DNA of 64,000 nt from an uncultured Eubacteriales bacterium (GCA_934373635.1 CAKROZ010000005.1:20356-84355), one strand, 5' to 3'; positions 9,097-17,186 are shown, numbered from the stretch's first letter. Program-made: numbers and translations. Notes: a model not told the origin generated them from the sequence alone.

Positions 9097-9324
9097 TTAT
9101 TCTCTCCCGTACCCGATGATTTTCAATTCGCACCGCACCGGGAAAACGACGGTTTCGATGTCCATGGTAATCGGTGCGCCGGTGGAAAGACTGACGGCGT
9201 TATAGCCGCCGAGTTTCGTTTTCATACGGACGTCGGAAGAGTCGGTATCGTAAAGGAGAAAGGTTTCCCCTTCCCGCAGTTCGCAAAGTGCGCACTCCCG
9301 CGCCATCTCCGTTGTGATCTTCAC
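9097..9324 (-). CDS. Hypothetical phage protein (75 aa)
   Basis: The GTG start overlaps the upstream stop in a GTGA junction. No motif found. Confidence 0.4.
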   Translation of the reverse strand: MKITTEMARECALCELREGETFLLYDTDSSDVRMKTKLGGYNAVSLSTGAPITMDIETVVFPVRCELKIIGYGRE

Positions 9325-9485
9325 GTGTCTTCCTCCGCATAAATGATTTTTTTCAGAACGCCGACGCCGCTTTCCTTTTCCCGTCGCAGTTTCACGGCGT
9401 AGCCGAGTTTGACGAGCAGTGCCGCCACGGTCTTGATCTCCTCGTCGGTGAGTGCACTGCCGCCTTTTTGTACGCAGATCTTCAT
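9321..9485 (-). CDS. Hypothetical small phage protein (54 aa)
   Basis: Below the ORF-track size cutoff. My own translation is MKICVQKGGSALTDEEIKTVAALLVKLGYAVKLRREKESGVGVLKKIIYAEEDT. Strong GAAGGAGGAG RBS. Confidence 0.4.
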   Translation of the reverse strand: MKICVQKGGSALTDEEIKTVAALLVKLGYAVKLRREKESGVGVLKKIIYAEEDT

Positions 9486-9495
9486 GTCTCCTCCT

Positions 9496-9834
9496 TCAGA
9501 TCTCCCTGATTTTGATTCCGTGCAGATAGAGCATCAGTTTTCGCTTGAGTATGTACTCTGCCGTCCTGACGCCCTTCGTGTCCTCGACGACCGTCCCGCC
9601 CGCCTCTTTGTCGAAGTAGACGAAGTCCGCGCGGTAGCCGACCTCCCTTTCGATGAGCTTCCCGCGCTCGTCCCTCTGCGTCGGGAGCAGAACGTATTTT
9701 ACCTGCCGTCTGAGTTCCGAGATTTTCCCCGCCTTTTGCAAAAGGCAGAGTTCCGACCATCGCCGCGCCTCTTTGAGGGAATCGAAGCGTATGCCGGCGA
9801 CGGTGACTTTTTGATTGTGATATTTGCTTCTCAT
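9496..9834 (-). CDS. DUF1064-family phage protein (nuclease-like)
   Basis: Trimmed to ATG 9834. MRSKYHNQKVTVAGIRFDSLKEARRWSELCLLQKAGKISELRRQ...YRADFVY...VVEDTKG matches the DUF1064 pattern. Confidence 0.65.
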   Translation of the reverse strand: MRSKYHNQKVTVAGIRFDSLKEARRWSELCLLQKAGKISELRRQVKYVLLPTQRDERGKLIEREVGYRADFVYFDKEAGGTVVEDTKGVRTAEYILKRKLMLYLHGIKIREI

Positions 9835-10049
9835 AAATCCTGATATTTCCGCAAAAGCATCTCGGCGATGCGGCATTTCTCGTAACAGCCGATGCAGTGC
9901 TTCTGTTTGTACGGCCGCTTCTCCCGCTCGTTGCCGAAGGTGAGCTGAAGCGATGTCCCGTCGCACACCCCCTCGCAAAAGATGTGCCACTTGTCCTCGC
10001 TCGAATAAAAAGGGCACTTCACATACTTGTCCACATACCGATCCATCAT
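9831..10049 (-). CDS. Cys-rich hypothetical phage protein (72 aa)
   Basis: Intact ORF with ATGA overlap to the DUF1064 start. Contains eight Cys residues. Confidence 0.45.
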   Translation of the reverse strand: MMDRYVDKYVKCPFYSSEDKWHIFCEGVCDGTSLQLTFGNEREKRPYKQKHCIGCYEKCRIAEMLLRKYQDL

Positions 10050-10213
10050 GCACGCTCCTTTTTCCGAAGAAGATCCTTTTCAAACCGCATCATGCAGTTC
10101 CACCCGCAAAAATACAGGTTTTTGCCGCAACGTTTTCGCTTGTATATATGAAGTGCCGCGGGGATAAACCCTCCGCCGCATACGGGACAGTGTCTGACTC
10201 CAAATCCGTTCAT
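10046..10213 (-). CDS. Small zinc-finger phage protein (55 aa)
   Basis: Trimmed to ATG 10213. Reads MNGFGVRHCPVCGGGF...YFCGWNC. Confidence 0.4.
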   Translation of the reverse strand: MNGFGVRHCPVCGGGFIPAALHIYKRKRCGKNLYFCGWNCMMRFEKDLLRKKERA

Positions 10214-10214
10214 G

Positions 10215-11069
10215 TCATTCTCCTTTTCCGCCGTATGTTCGCTCAAGTGCGTGCCGGAACGCCTCCTCGGGATCAAAAGTGCCCTGCCGTTCCCGCGTCT
10301 TTCTCACGTTCTTCGGTCTCCCGGAGGCGGAATCCTCTGCCCACCACTTTAGGATCGTCTGATAGTGGCTTCGGACTCTCGCGCCCTTTTCGAGAATGAA
10401 GTCGGCGAGCCGTCCGACATAGACGGCGAACATCTCCTCGCCGAGCGTCTCGGTGAGGTTTTGTTTCTGCTCTTCGGTCAGATGCACGACGCCTCGTCCG
10501 AATGCCCCGTCCCCGACGGATTGCATCTTCTCTTTGTCGCTTGTCGTCGGTGCGGCGGCGAAATCGCCGCTACTTCTACTCTCTGACTCTTGTATCTTTC
10601 TCTTTTCTCTTACTCTATTATCTTTCTCTGTGTGGCATTGTCCCGACAATGTCCGGACATTGCCCGCCAAAAGCGGGACATTGTCCGTTTTCTCGATTTT
10701 TTGCCGTGCCCTCTGCACCCTTTTCCGGAGGGCGTCTTCCCCCTCGCTCCCCGTGTTGGAGACCGCATAGGGAAAGAAGAAACTGACATTGTCCGAGGTC
10801 TCCGCAAGTCCGCAGTGAAGCAGATAGGTGAGCGTCATCTTCACGTTGTCGGCATCTTCGTCGAGATCGAGTGCGAGTTCCTCCGCGGCATCACTTTCGA
10901 GTCCCGTCCATTTGAGAATCCCTTCGGTCTTCATGGCGAGGAGTTGCATCTTCAGGTAAATGATCGTGTACGTGTCCCCGCCCGCCATGCGCCGCAGTTT
11001 TTTGATCCTCTTCGAGTCGAAGAAGTCGTCATGCAGTTTCAGCCAGTAGAACCGTTTTCCGTCCGTCAT
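10215..11069 (-). CDS. Phage replisome organizer
   Basis: The N-terminus KRFYWLKLHDDFFDSKRIKKLRRMAGGDTYTIIYLKMQL matches the replisome-organizer N-terminal domain. The central region is low-complexity and carries the iterons. Confidence 0.75.
   Translation of the reverse strand: MTDGKRFYWLKLHDDFFDSKRIKKLRRMAGGDTYTIIYLKMQLLAMKTEGILKWTGLESDAAEELALDLDEDADNVKMTLTYLLHCGLAETSDNVSFFFPYAVSNTGSEGEDALRKRVQRARQKIEKTDNVPLLAGNVRTLSGQCHTEKDNRVREKRKIQESESRSSGDFAAAPTTSDKEKMQSVGDGAFGRGVVHLTEEQKQNLTETLGEEMFAVYVGRLADFILEKGARVRSHYQTILKWWAEDSASGRPKNVRKTRERQGTFDPEEAFRHALERTYGGKGE
10634..10687. repeat. Putative phage origin iterons inside the replisome-organizer gene
   Basis: Four copies of the quasi-palindromic 11-mer GGACA(W)TGYCC. 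Core starts are at 10636, 10647, 10658 and 10679, giving spacings of 11, 11 and 21 bp. Confidence 0.5.
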
Positions 11070-11083
11070 CGTCTCTCACCGCC

Positions 11084-11500
11084 TCAGAACGGAAGGTCGC
11101 CGTCGTCGGGCACTTTGACAGACGCCGCAGGAGACGCGTAGGGACTCGTGTACGGAGGACAGACGCTCGCGGGGGTATTTACTCCCCCGTCGTCCTTCTT
11201 CGCGCTCTCGGCGAAAAATGCGCCGTCACAGAGGATTTCGTAGACGGTGTGCTTCACGCCGTCCTTTTCGTACTTCCGCGAGGTGAGTTTCCCCTCGATC
11301 CCGATGCCGTCTCCCTTGCGGAAATACTTGCAAATGAATTCCGCGTTTTTGTTCCACGCGCTGACGGTGAAGAAGTCGGTGTTCTCGTTGTCCCTACGGA
11401 TTGCGACGGAGAATGAAATCACGCTTTTTCCCGACTGCGTCTGTTTTAACTCAAGGTCGGAAGCCACTCTCCCGCAAAGGATCACCTTGTTATATGCCAT
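11084..11500 (-). CDS. ssb: Single-stranded DNA-binding protein
   Basis: Trimmed to ATG 11500. The OB-fold N-terminus reads MAYNKVILCGRVASDLELKQT. The acidic C-terminal tip is DDGDLPF. Confidence 0.9.
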   Translation of the reverse strand: MAYNKVILCGRVASDLELKQTQSGKSVISFSVAIRRDNENTDFFTVSAWNKNAEFICKYFRKGDGIGIEGKLTSRKYEKDGVKHTVYEILCDGAFFAESAKKDDGGVNTPASVCPPYTSPYASPAASVKVPDDGDLPF

Positions 11501-11501
11501 G

Positions 11502-11720
11502 TCAACCTTCCTCCAGCGAATACTTTGCGAATCTCGTCGTTTCCCCGAGCCGGTTCTTTCCCGTGACAAACTCGGTCTTGACACGGTGCCCCATGTTCTT
11601 GATGTCGTTGATGCGGGAGGCGAGCCGCATGCACCCGAGGTCGCTCACCGCCTCGAGCGGCGTGATGCTCCCGAACACTCTCATGTAATTGATGATCTTC
11701 TGACATTGCGTGACTTTCAT
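11502..11720 (-). CDS. Winged-helix DNA-binding phage protein
   Basis: 72 aa. Reads QKIINYMRVFGSITPLEAVSDLGCMRLASRINDIKNMGH..., a common phage wHTH family. Confidence 0.5.
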   Translation of the reverse strand: MKVTQCQKIINYMRVFGSITPLEAVSDLGCMRLASRINDIKNMGHRVKTEFVTGKNRLGETTRFAKYSLEEG

Positions 11721-11732
11721 CTTTTTTCTCCT

Positions 11733-12017
11733 TTACAGATAGTTTTTATAAAATTTCTGTCGAAATTCCTCGGCAGAAAAGCCGTAGTGCTCCATTGCTT
11801 TTTCCTGTGCATACGCCTGAAGACGCAGGCGCAGCTCTCGGTTTTGATGCACGCCCTGCGGCGGCTCGTTATGGCAGAAGTGACAGAGCCGGACGACGAG
11901 ACCGTACCGCTCCGACTTGCTCCTCAGCGCACCGCCGAAGACGTGATGCGCCTCGAGCCACCGCGTCGAGCCGCACACAAAGCACCGTGTCCCGTCCTTT
12001 TGCAAAATGCTTTTCAT
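11733..12017 (-). CDS. HNH/NinG-like zinc-binding nuclease (putative)
   Basis: Trimmed to ATG 12017. The CFVCGS...EAHHVFGG...LCHFCH arrangement resembles the HNH beta-beta-alpha-metal motif. Confidence 0.45.
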   Translation of the reverse strand: MKSILQKDGTRCFVCGSTRWLEAHHVFGGALRSKSERYGLVVRLCHFCHNEPPQGVHQNRELRLRLQAYAQEKAMEHYGFSAEEFRQKFYKNYL

Positions 12018-12556
12018 CGCTCTCCCCACAGTGCCGCCATCCTCGCGATCTCGTCGGGGGTCTCGGTCTGGATTCCCTGATCCCTGCAATCTCTGACGAT
12101 CAGATCGAGAAGGCGCGACATCTGCGCCGTGTCGTAGGTGGACGAGCCGTAATAAAGAATGACGTTCGTGCACCCGGGGATCTTGCTCGGAAAGGTCTCC
12201 GTCTGCCACCCGAGACCGTTTTTGCGCCACCCGTCGCACAGTCTGTCCACGGCGCCGTCCTTGACGCACACGATCTCGGAATTGCCGCCGATGTGGCGGA
12301 TATATTCACGGTAGACGCTCTCTTTGGATTCTTTCAGCACGGTGGCGAGCCTGTCCATCAAGACCCACGCGTACGCGTTCGCGTCGAGCGAGCGTCTGGC
12401 GCGATACGGTTTTACCTCGATGGAGAGCTTTTCGCACCCGTTCATATCGTCTACCAGTTGCCTGAAGTCTCCCGCCTCGTTGACCTCGAGCGTGAGGCAG
12501 GGTTTCCCGCTTCGAAAGTCGATATTCGCCCCGATGATCTTCCCCGTCACTTTCAT
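12014..12556 (-). CDS. NinB/Orf-like recombination mediator
   Basis: Trimmed to ATG 12556. RRSLDANAYAWVLMDRLA and GSSTYDTAQMSRLLDLI parallel lambda NinB RSLDQNRKLWACLGDVS and QSTSRMRVGEFAELLELI (the lambda sequence is from memory). Confidence 0.6.
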   Translation of the reverse strand: MKVTGKIIGANIDFRSGKPCLTLEVNEAGDFRQLVDDMNGCEKLSIEVKPYRARRSLDANAYAWVLMDRLATVLKESKESVYREYIRHIGGNSEIVCVKDGAVDRLCDGWRKNGLGWQTETFPSKIPGCTNVILYYGSSTYDTAQMSRLLDLIVRDCRDQGIQTETPDEIARMAALWGER

Positions 12557-13101
12557 GGAAATCTCCCTTCTGCCAAGCATTTTGCAAGGTATTTGAGATT
12601 CGGAAGGTACGCTTCGCGAATCCATCCCTCGTCGTAAGAAATCGAAAATTCTTGTCTTCTGTCGCTTTCGATCGGTCTGAAGTAGTTGTCGTAGTCCTCT
12701 TCCGTCAGACCGTACGCGATGATCTTCGCCTTCCTGTACCCGGTGGCAAACATCTGCACCTGCACCTGACGGACATACTTTTTCGGCAACGAAAACCCCT
12801 TTTCGAGCCGATAGGTCTTGCACTCGTAGATCGTGTCGTCGTCGTTGCCGTCAAGGTTCACGCGTAGCTTCAGATCCTCGAGGATCACCTGTCGGTCAAG
12901 TTCCATCGGTATGCCGAGCGACCCGAGAATACGGTGCTCGAAATGAGTGCCCGCCGAGGTGTACTTGTTTTCAAAGTGATCTCTGTCGATCCCGAGCTTC
13001 TGAAGCCACCACTTCGCAAAGGTATCGGACGTCCGCTTGCCGATGATCTTATCGGTGTCGGACGCGCCGAAATACCCGCTCCTGTCCTTCGACTCGATCA
13101 T
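12553..13101 (-). CDS. YqaJ-like phage exonuclease (PD-(D/E)xK)
   Basis: 182 aa. GASDTDKI near the N-terminus. NLDGNDDDTIYECKT fits the D...E.K nuclease motif. Confidence 0.72.
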   Translation of the reverse strand: MIESKDRSGYFGASDTDKIIGKRTSDTFAKWWLQKLGIDRDHFENKYTSAGTHFEHRILGSLGIPMELDRQVILEDLKLRVNLDGNDDDTIYECKTYRLEKGFSLPKKYVRQVQVQMFATGYRKAKIIAYGLTEEDYDNYFRPIESDRRQEFSISYDEGWIREAYLPNLKYLAKCLAEGRFP

Positions 13102-13721
13102 ATCGCCTGCATCTTCTTTTCAAAGCGATCGAGCTGATCAAAGAAGGTGAAAAGCACCTTGACCTCGTCCTCGGACATGCCGCACTTCTCCGCGATCTCT
13201 TTTGTCGTGAGGTGCTTTGTGCGGAGGATGTTCGTGTACTCCTGCTGAAATCTCTCCTTGATGGCGAAGATCTGATGCTTCGTGAGATCCTCGTCGTCGG
13301 CGGGGTCTTCCTCCCCCTTCGCCCACAGGGAAAAACCGAGTCCGTACCGAAGCGCCACCGCCTTGACAAACGCGCGCGTCATTGCCTTGAATACGACGTT
13401 CTGATTGAGCGAGTTGTCCTTTACGGGGCTGATCCCGTTGAGAAGCGGATAGCTGTAAATGAAGCGGTCGTCGTCGACCACGACCTCGATGCGCACCTCG
13501 TAGCAACGATTGATATTGCCCGACTTGTCGACAAACTCACGGTCGGACATGAAGAGGCTACTCCCGTTCTCGTTATACACGGGCGAGAAGAAGACCTTCT
13601 CGGCGCCGTTCTCGTGGAGCAGATCGACCACGGATGCCCACGGAAGATAGTCCGCGCCGTCCCTCTGTTTGATATAACGGGTGACATCCGTCTCCCGAAG
13701 CTCTTTGAAGCTTTTCAGCAT
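13098..13721 (-). CDS. Single-strand annealing protein (Sak/Rad52-like, DUF1071-type)
   Basis: 207 aa with the ADYLPWASVVDLL signature. Overlaps the start of the exonuclease gene. Confidence 0.62.
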   Translation of the reverse strand: MLKSFKELRETDVTRYIKQRDGADYLPWASVVDLLHENGAEKVFFSPVYNENGSSLFMSDREFVDKSGNINRCYEVRIEVVVDDDRFIYSYPLLNGISPVKDNSLNQNVVFKAMTRAFVKAVALRYGLGFSLWAKGEEDPADDEDLTKHQIFAIKERFQQEYTNILRTKHLTTKEIAEKCGMSEDEVKVLFTFFDQLDRFEKKMQAI

Positions 13722-13758
13722 TTTCTTTTCCCTCCTTCTTGAAAAAGGTGTATTTGAT

Positions 13759-13953
13759 TTAAGATTTTTTGAGAAACAGATCTTTCAGGCACTCCTCGCA
13801 GAGCTCTTCCCCGTCGACCTCGTAGATGTCGTCAAGCTCCTCGCCGCACTTGTCGCAGACGTGGACTTCCACCCTGCGGCGCGGACACGCCGCGCCGACG
13901 CAGTGCATCCCGAGATCTTCACACCCGAGACACTGATTTTCAATGCGTACCAT
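13759..13953 (-). CDS. Cys-rich hypothetical phage protein (64 aa)
   Basis: Intact ORF with several CxxC pairs. Confidence 0.4.
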   Translation of the reverse strand: MVRIENQCLGCEDLGMHCVGAACPRRRVEVHVCDKCGEELDDIYEVDGEELCEECLKDLFLKKS

Positions 13954-14260
13954 CTTCTTCCTCCGCGGCGTCTTCCGACGCTTTTGCGGGTTCCGCCGTT
14001 TCGTCCTCTTCGGCGTTGATCCCGAGTTGCCTGTCGAGATATTCGATCCTGTCGAGAAGATCTTTCTTCATGTCTTCGGCGACGGCGAGAATGGCGGAAA
14101 GATTCTTTGTAAGAAGCACGTAGTCCTCTGCGGTTCTGTCCTCCGTGCTCTCCGCAAAATCGGACAGACACTCCTTCGCGCGGCTCAAAAATCCCGCACT
14201 GACGATCCGCATCTTCTCGATGCTTTCTTTTTTGGCTTCGATGTAATACTTTTCAAGCAT
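13940..14260 (-). CDS. Hypothetical phage protein
   Basis: Trimmed to ATG 14260 (GAGGAG RBS at 7 nt). Acidic C-terminus. Confidence 0.4.
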   Translation of the reverse strand: MLEKYYIEAKKESIEKMRIVSAGFLSRAKECLSDFAESTEDRTAEDYVLLTKNLSAILAVAEDMKKDLLDRIEYLDRQLGINAEEDETAEPAKASEDAAEEEDGTH

Positions 14261-14441
14261 ATTCGATCTCCTCATGTATAAAAATTTTGATTTTCTTTTT
14301 CTCTCCGACCTTCCCGGTGCCGATTGCCGCCGAAAAGGTGCCCGCGTGGCGCGCCGTCTCTTTTTTCGGAAGCAACGCCTCGATCTTCTCGCGATCTGCC
14401 CGTTTCTCTTCGGGCGTCGCGTAGCAGGTATAGTAGGTCAT
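14253..14441 (-). CDS. Hypothetical phage protein (62 aa)
   Basis: ATG preceded by a GGAGCGGAG RBS. No motif found. Confidence 0.35.
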   Translation of the reverse strand: MTYYTCYATPEEKRADREKIEALLPKKETARHAGTFSAAIGTGKVGEKKKIKIFIHEEIEYA

Positions 14442-14457
14442 GTTCTCCGCTCCCCTC

Positions 14458-14679
14458 TTACACTTCTTCGTCGTAGTCTTCGATGTCCTCGAACATCTTT
14501 TCCGTGATGCCGACGCCGAGCAGCTTCATCCCCCGCTTCTCAAGATCGCGCAGGGTGTAAAGATACTGCCGTCTGCGATACTTGCGCCGCTGTTCCGCTC
14601 GCGCGACTCTCACCGCCTCGGAGGCGTTCAGCCGCTCGATCTCCTCTTCCACCTGTTCGTCTGTCAAAAATTCTCTCAT
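14458..14679 (-). CDS. Hypothetical phage protein (73 aa)
   Basis: Trimmed to ATG 14679. Charged and helical-looking. Confidence 0.4.
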   Translation of the reverse strand: MREFLTDEQVEEEIERLNASEAVRVARAEQRRKYRRRQYLYTLRDLEKRGMKLLGVGITEKMFEDIEDYDEEV

Positions 14680-14695
14680 GATTCCATCCTTTCTT

Positions 14696-14923
14696 TTATC
14701 GCCATGTCGCAAGGTCTGTGATGTATACCTTGTACTTGGCATTTTTCTTTCCCGCTTTCTTTCCGTCGATGGCGGGAAGCGGATTCCGCCGTCGTTCTAT
14801 CCACGCCTTCACGGTGTGAACATCTACGCCGAACGCTTTCGCGACTTCCGTGACCGTCAGCACAACCCTGTTCGGGTACATCTCACGAATCGCCGCATAC
14901 CTCTCGCGTTGTTGTGGTGTCAT
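14696..14923 (-). CDS. Excisionase-type HTH DNA-binding protein (putative)
   Basis: 75 aa. VLTVTEVAKAFGVDVHTVKAWIERR resembles a MerR/Xis-type HTH. Confidence 0.5.
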   Translation of the reverse strand: MTPQQRERYAAIREMYPNRVVLTVTEVAKAFGVDVHTVKAWIERRRNPLPAIDGKKAGKKNAKYKVYITDLATWR

Positions 14924-14990
14924 CGCTTATGTTCCTTTCTGCTTGTTGATGAGGTTTCGTACTTCTTATGACCGCAGATCGTTCAATCAA

Positions 14991-15191
14991 TTAAACAGTA
15001 TCGGCAAAAAAAATATCGTCCACAGTGGTATCAAGTGCACGAGCAAGTTTCAGCAAAGTTGCCGTCGTTGTGTTTTGCTCTGCATTGTTTTCCAATGAAA
15101 TAATTGTTCCACGGCTCACTCCGCTCTTTTCGGCAAGATCTTCCTGCGTCATGTTCTTTGCTTCGCGCAATTCTTTGATTCTGTATCCCAT
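14991..15191 (-). CDS. cro: Cro-like XRE-family repressor
   Basis: MGYRIKELREAKNMTQEDLAEKSGVSRGTIISLE is a canonical XRE HTH. The gene is divergent from cI. AAGGAG RBS. Confidence 0.8.
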   Translation of the reverse strand: MGYRIKELREAKNMTQEDLAEKSGVSRGTIISLENNAEQNTTTATLLKLARALDTTVDDIFFADTV

Positions 15192-15215
15192 CACTTTCTC
15201 CTTTCTATTTTCGAG

Positions 15216-15235
15216 GTGTTCAACCTACTGAACAC
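15216..15235. promoter_or_regulatory. Candidate operator (inverted repeat GTGTTCA-N6-TGAACAC)
   Basis: Perfect 7-bp arms. On the minus strand it sits immediately downstream of the -10 element of the cro promoter. Confidence 0.45.
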
Positions 15236-15264
15236 ATTATACATCAAGAAATTTCAATTGTCAA
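15236..15264 (-). promoter_or_regulatory. cro (early lytic) promoter
   Basis: The minus strand reads TTGACA-17 nt-TATAAT, a full consensus. Confidence 0.65.
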
Positions 15265-15304
15265 GTGGGTTGAGCGAAAATGTTTAATTTTTTTGACAAA
15301 TCGG

Positions 15305-15333
15305 TTGACATCATCTTTTTTTTGATGTATAAT
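15305..15333 (+). promoter_or_regulatory. cI (lysogenic) promoter
   Basis: TTGACA (15305-15310), a 17-nt spacer, then TATAAT (15328-15333). The AGGAGG RBS and ATG 15360 lie downstream. Confidence 0.65.
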
Positions 15334-15359
15334 ATGTTGTACCAAGGAGGAAGAAAAAC

Positions 15360-16034
15360 ATGACATTAGGAAAAATTATAAAAGAATATCGGGAAAAGCA
15401 TCAATTGTCGCAGCGGCAATTTGCTTCGTTATGCGATGTTTCAAACGGATATATTTCCATGCTTGAAGACGAACGAAATCCGAAAACGAACGAACCGATC
15501 GTACCTTCAATAGCGACTATGAAAAAACTCGCCAAGGCAATGGGCACATCGCTGAATGAACTAATGAGTATAGCCGATGATATGGAAGTATCCATGATGG
15601 ATCAGGAATTTCCAATTGCAAGTATCAAAAATCTCCGCCCCGTAGAAAAGCAAAGAATCCCGATGCTCGGCAGGATCGCCTGCGGTAAGCCGATCTACGC
15701 GGAGGAAGAGCATGAGTGCTATGTCGCTGCGGGGGCAAAGATGGACGCCGACTTCTGCCTCACCTGTCAGGGAGACAGTATGACGGGCGCGGGAATCCAT
15801 GACGGCGACATCGTTTTCATCAAGCAGCAGGAAGCCGTCGACAACGGGCAGGTCGCCGCAATCATCATCGGCGAAGAAGCAACGCTGAAGCGGGTGTACT
15901 ACTTCCCCGAGACCGCAAAGCTCGTTCTGCAAGCGGAAAACCCGAAGTACGAGCCGCTTGTCTACACTGGCGAAGAGCTGAACGGCATCAAAATTCTCGG
16001 AAGAGCCGTCGCCTATATGAGCGCCATCGTTTGA
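15360..16034 (+). CDS. cI: CI-like repressor (XRE HTH plus S24 LexA-like peptidase domain)
   Basis: The N-terminal HTH reads QLSQRQFASLCDVSNGYISMLE. The C-terminus carries CQGDSMTGAGI (Ser nucleophile) and ATLKRVY (Lys). Confidence 0.9.
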   Translation: MTLGKIIKEYREKHQLSQRQFASLCDVSNGYISMLEDERNPKTNEPIVPSIATMKKLAKAMGTSLNELMSIADDMEVSMMDQEFPIASIKNLRPVEKQRIPMLGRIACGKPIYAEEEHECYVAAGAKMDADFCLTCQGDSMTGAGIHDGDIVFIKQQEAVDNGQVAAIIIGEEATLKRVYYFPETAKLVLQAENPKYEPLVYTGEELNGIKILGRAVAYMSAIV

Positions 16035-16067
16035 TATTTCACTATTCATTATAAGGAGGCTTTTGAT

Positions 16068-16484
16068 ATGGTTCCCTCTTATGTTATTTTATTGTTCTGC
16101 GGCATTGCCCTTGTTCTTATTCTATTCAACTGGGCATCTTTGAAAGACAGCTCACGCGGAATGAAATACTGTTTCGGCGCGTGTCTCGCTTTCGGGCTTC
16201 TCTGCCTCATAGCAACCGGTGAGTACGCTTCCGGGTTCTATCAATTTGTGCGCTTGTTTGCCCTGTTCGATCTCGGCATCATGATTATCACATACAGTGC
16301 AGAAACCGAAACATTTCTCAACCCGGTCACATGTATTGCCGGCACAATGCTGATCCTCTTCAATCCTATCGTTCCCATATACTTGGATAAATCGACATGG
16401 CAATCAATCGATATATTCTCCGGCATTGCCTCTTTTGGTCTCGGATGTTACATTTTGAAGAAGAACATTGCGGGAGCAGAATGA
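16068..16484 (+). CDS. Lysogeny-module membrane protein, paralog 1 (138 aa)
   Basis: AAGGAGG RBS. Multi-TM protein. Shares the KYC.GAC.AFGL...FNPI.PIYL domain with the next gene. Confidence 0.6.
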   Translation: MVPSYVILLFCGIALVLILFNWASLKDSSRGMKYCFGACLAFGLLCLIATGEYASGFYQFVRLFALFDLGIMIITYSAETETFLNPVTCIAGTMLILFNPIVPIYLDKSTWQSIDIFSGIASFGLGCYILKKNIAGAE

Positions 16485-16525
16485 GCATCAACGTTTGATA
16501 TTCAATTCTATTATAGGAGTTTGAC

Positions 16526-17176
16526 ATGGATCTCTACCTCGTTGCCGCTATTATTATGTTGGCACTCTTTATTGCCGCGATCGTTACCGTTTACTCTGCC
16601 CGTGCATCTTTGAAAAGCAGACCGCTATGGATAAAATGCGCTCTCGGTATGGGCTTCGTTGTCGGAGTTTTCCTCATGGCGGCGTTCAACGAGCCGGAGT
16701 ATGTTGATGTCGGGATTGTTCTTGTTATTTTGTCACTCTGCGGCGTCATAGCGCTCGCGATTTATTCCAACCGTGCGCCGATTCCCGACGCAACTGTCGC
16801 GAGAAGTCGTGCGGGAATGGCAGTACGATTTTATAAAACTTTGAAGAGTAGCTCCGCGAAAGTCAAATACTGTTACGGTGCGTGCGCCGCTTTCGGGCTC
16901 TTCTGTATCATCGGAATGCTCGACTGCGGAAGCGGGTATTACCACTTTTTGCGCCTATTTACCCTGTTTGCACTCGGCATCACGATCATCGCGTTCGGCA
17001 AGGAGATCGGAACATTTTTCAGTCCCGTCACCTTGATTGCCGGGACACTGGTGATTCTTTTCAATCCGATCTCTCCCATATATTTAACCGCGGGAGCATG
17101 GCTGTTTATAGATTTCATCTCCGCCATCGTTTCCTTTTGGCTCAGCATCTATATTGTGAAGAAATCCACTCAATAG
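16526..17176 (+). CDS. Lysogeny-module membrane protein, paralog 2 (216 aa)
   Basis: TAGGAG RBS. Has extra N-terminal TM segments followed by the same ~110-aa domain as 16068..16484. Confidence 0.6.
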   Translation: MDLYLVAAIIMLALFIAAIVTVYSARASLKSRPLWIKCALGMGFVVGVFLMAAFNEPEYVDVGIVLVILSLCGVIALAIYSNRAPIPDATVARSRAGMAVRFYKTLKSSSAKVKYCYGACAAFGLFCIIGMLDCGSGYYHFLRLFTLFALGITIIAFGKEIGTFFSPVTLIAGTLVILFNPISPIYLTAGAWLFIDFISAIVSFWLSIYIVKKSTQ

Positions 17177-17186
17177 CACCCTGCAA

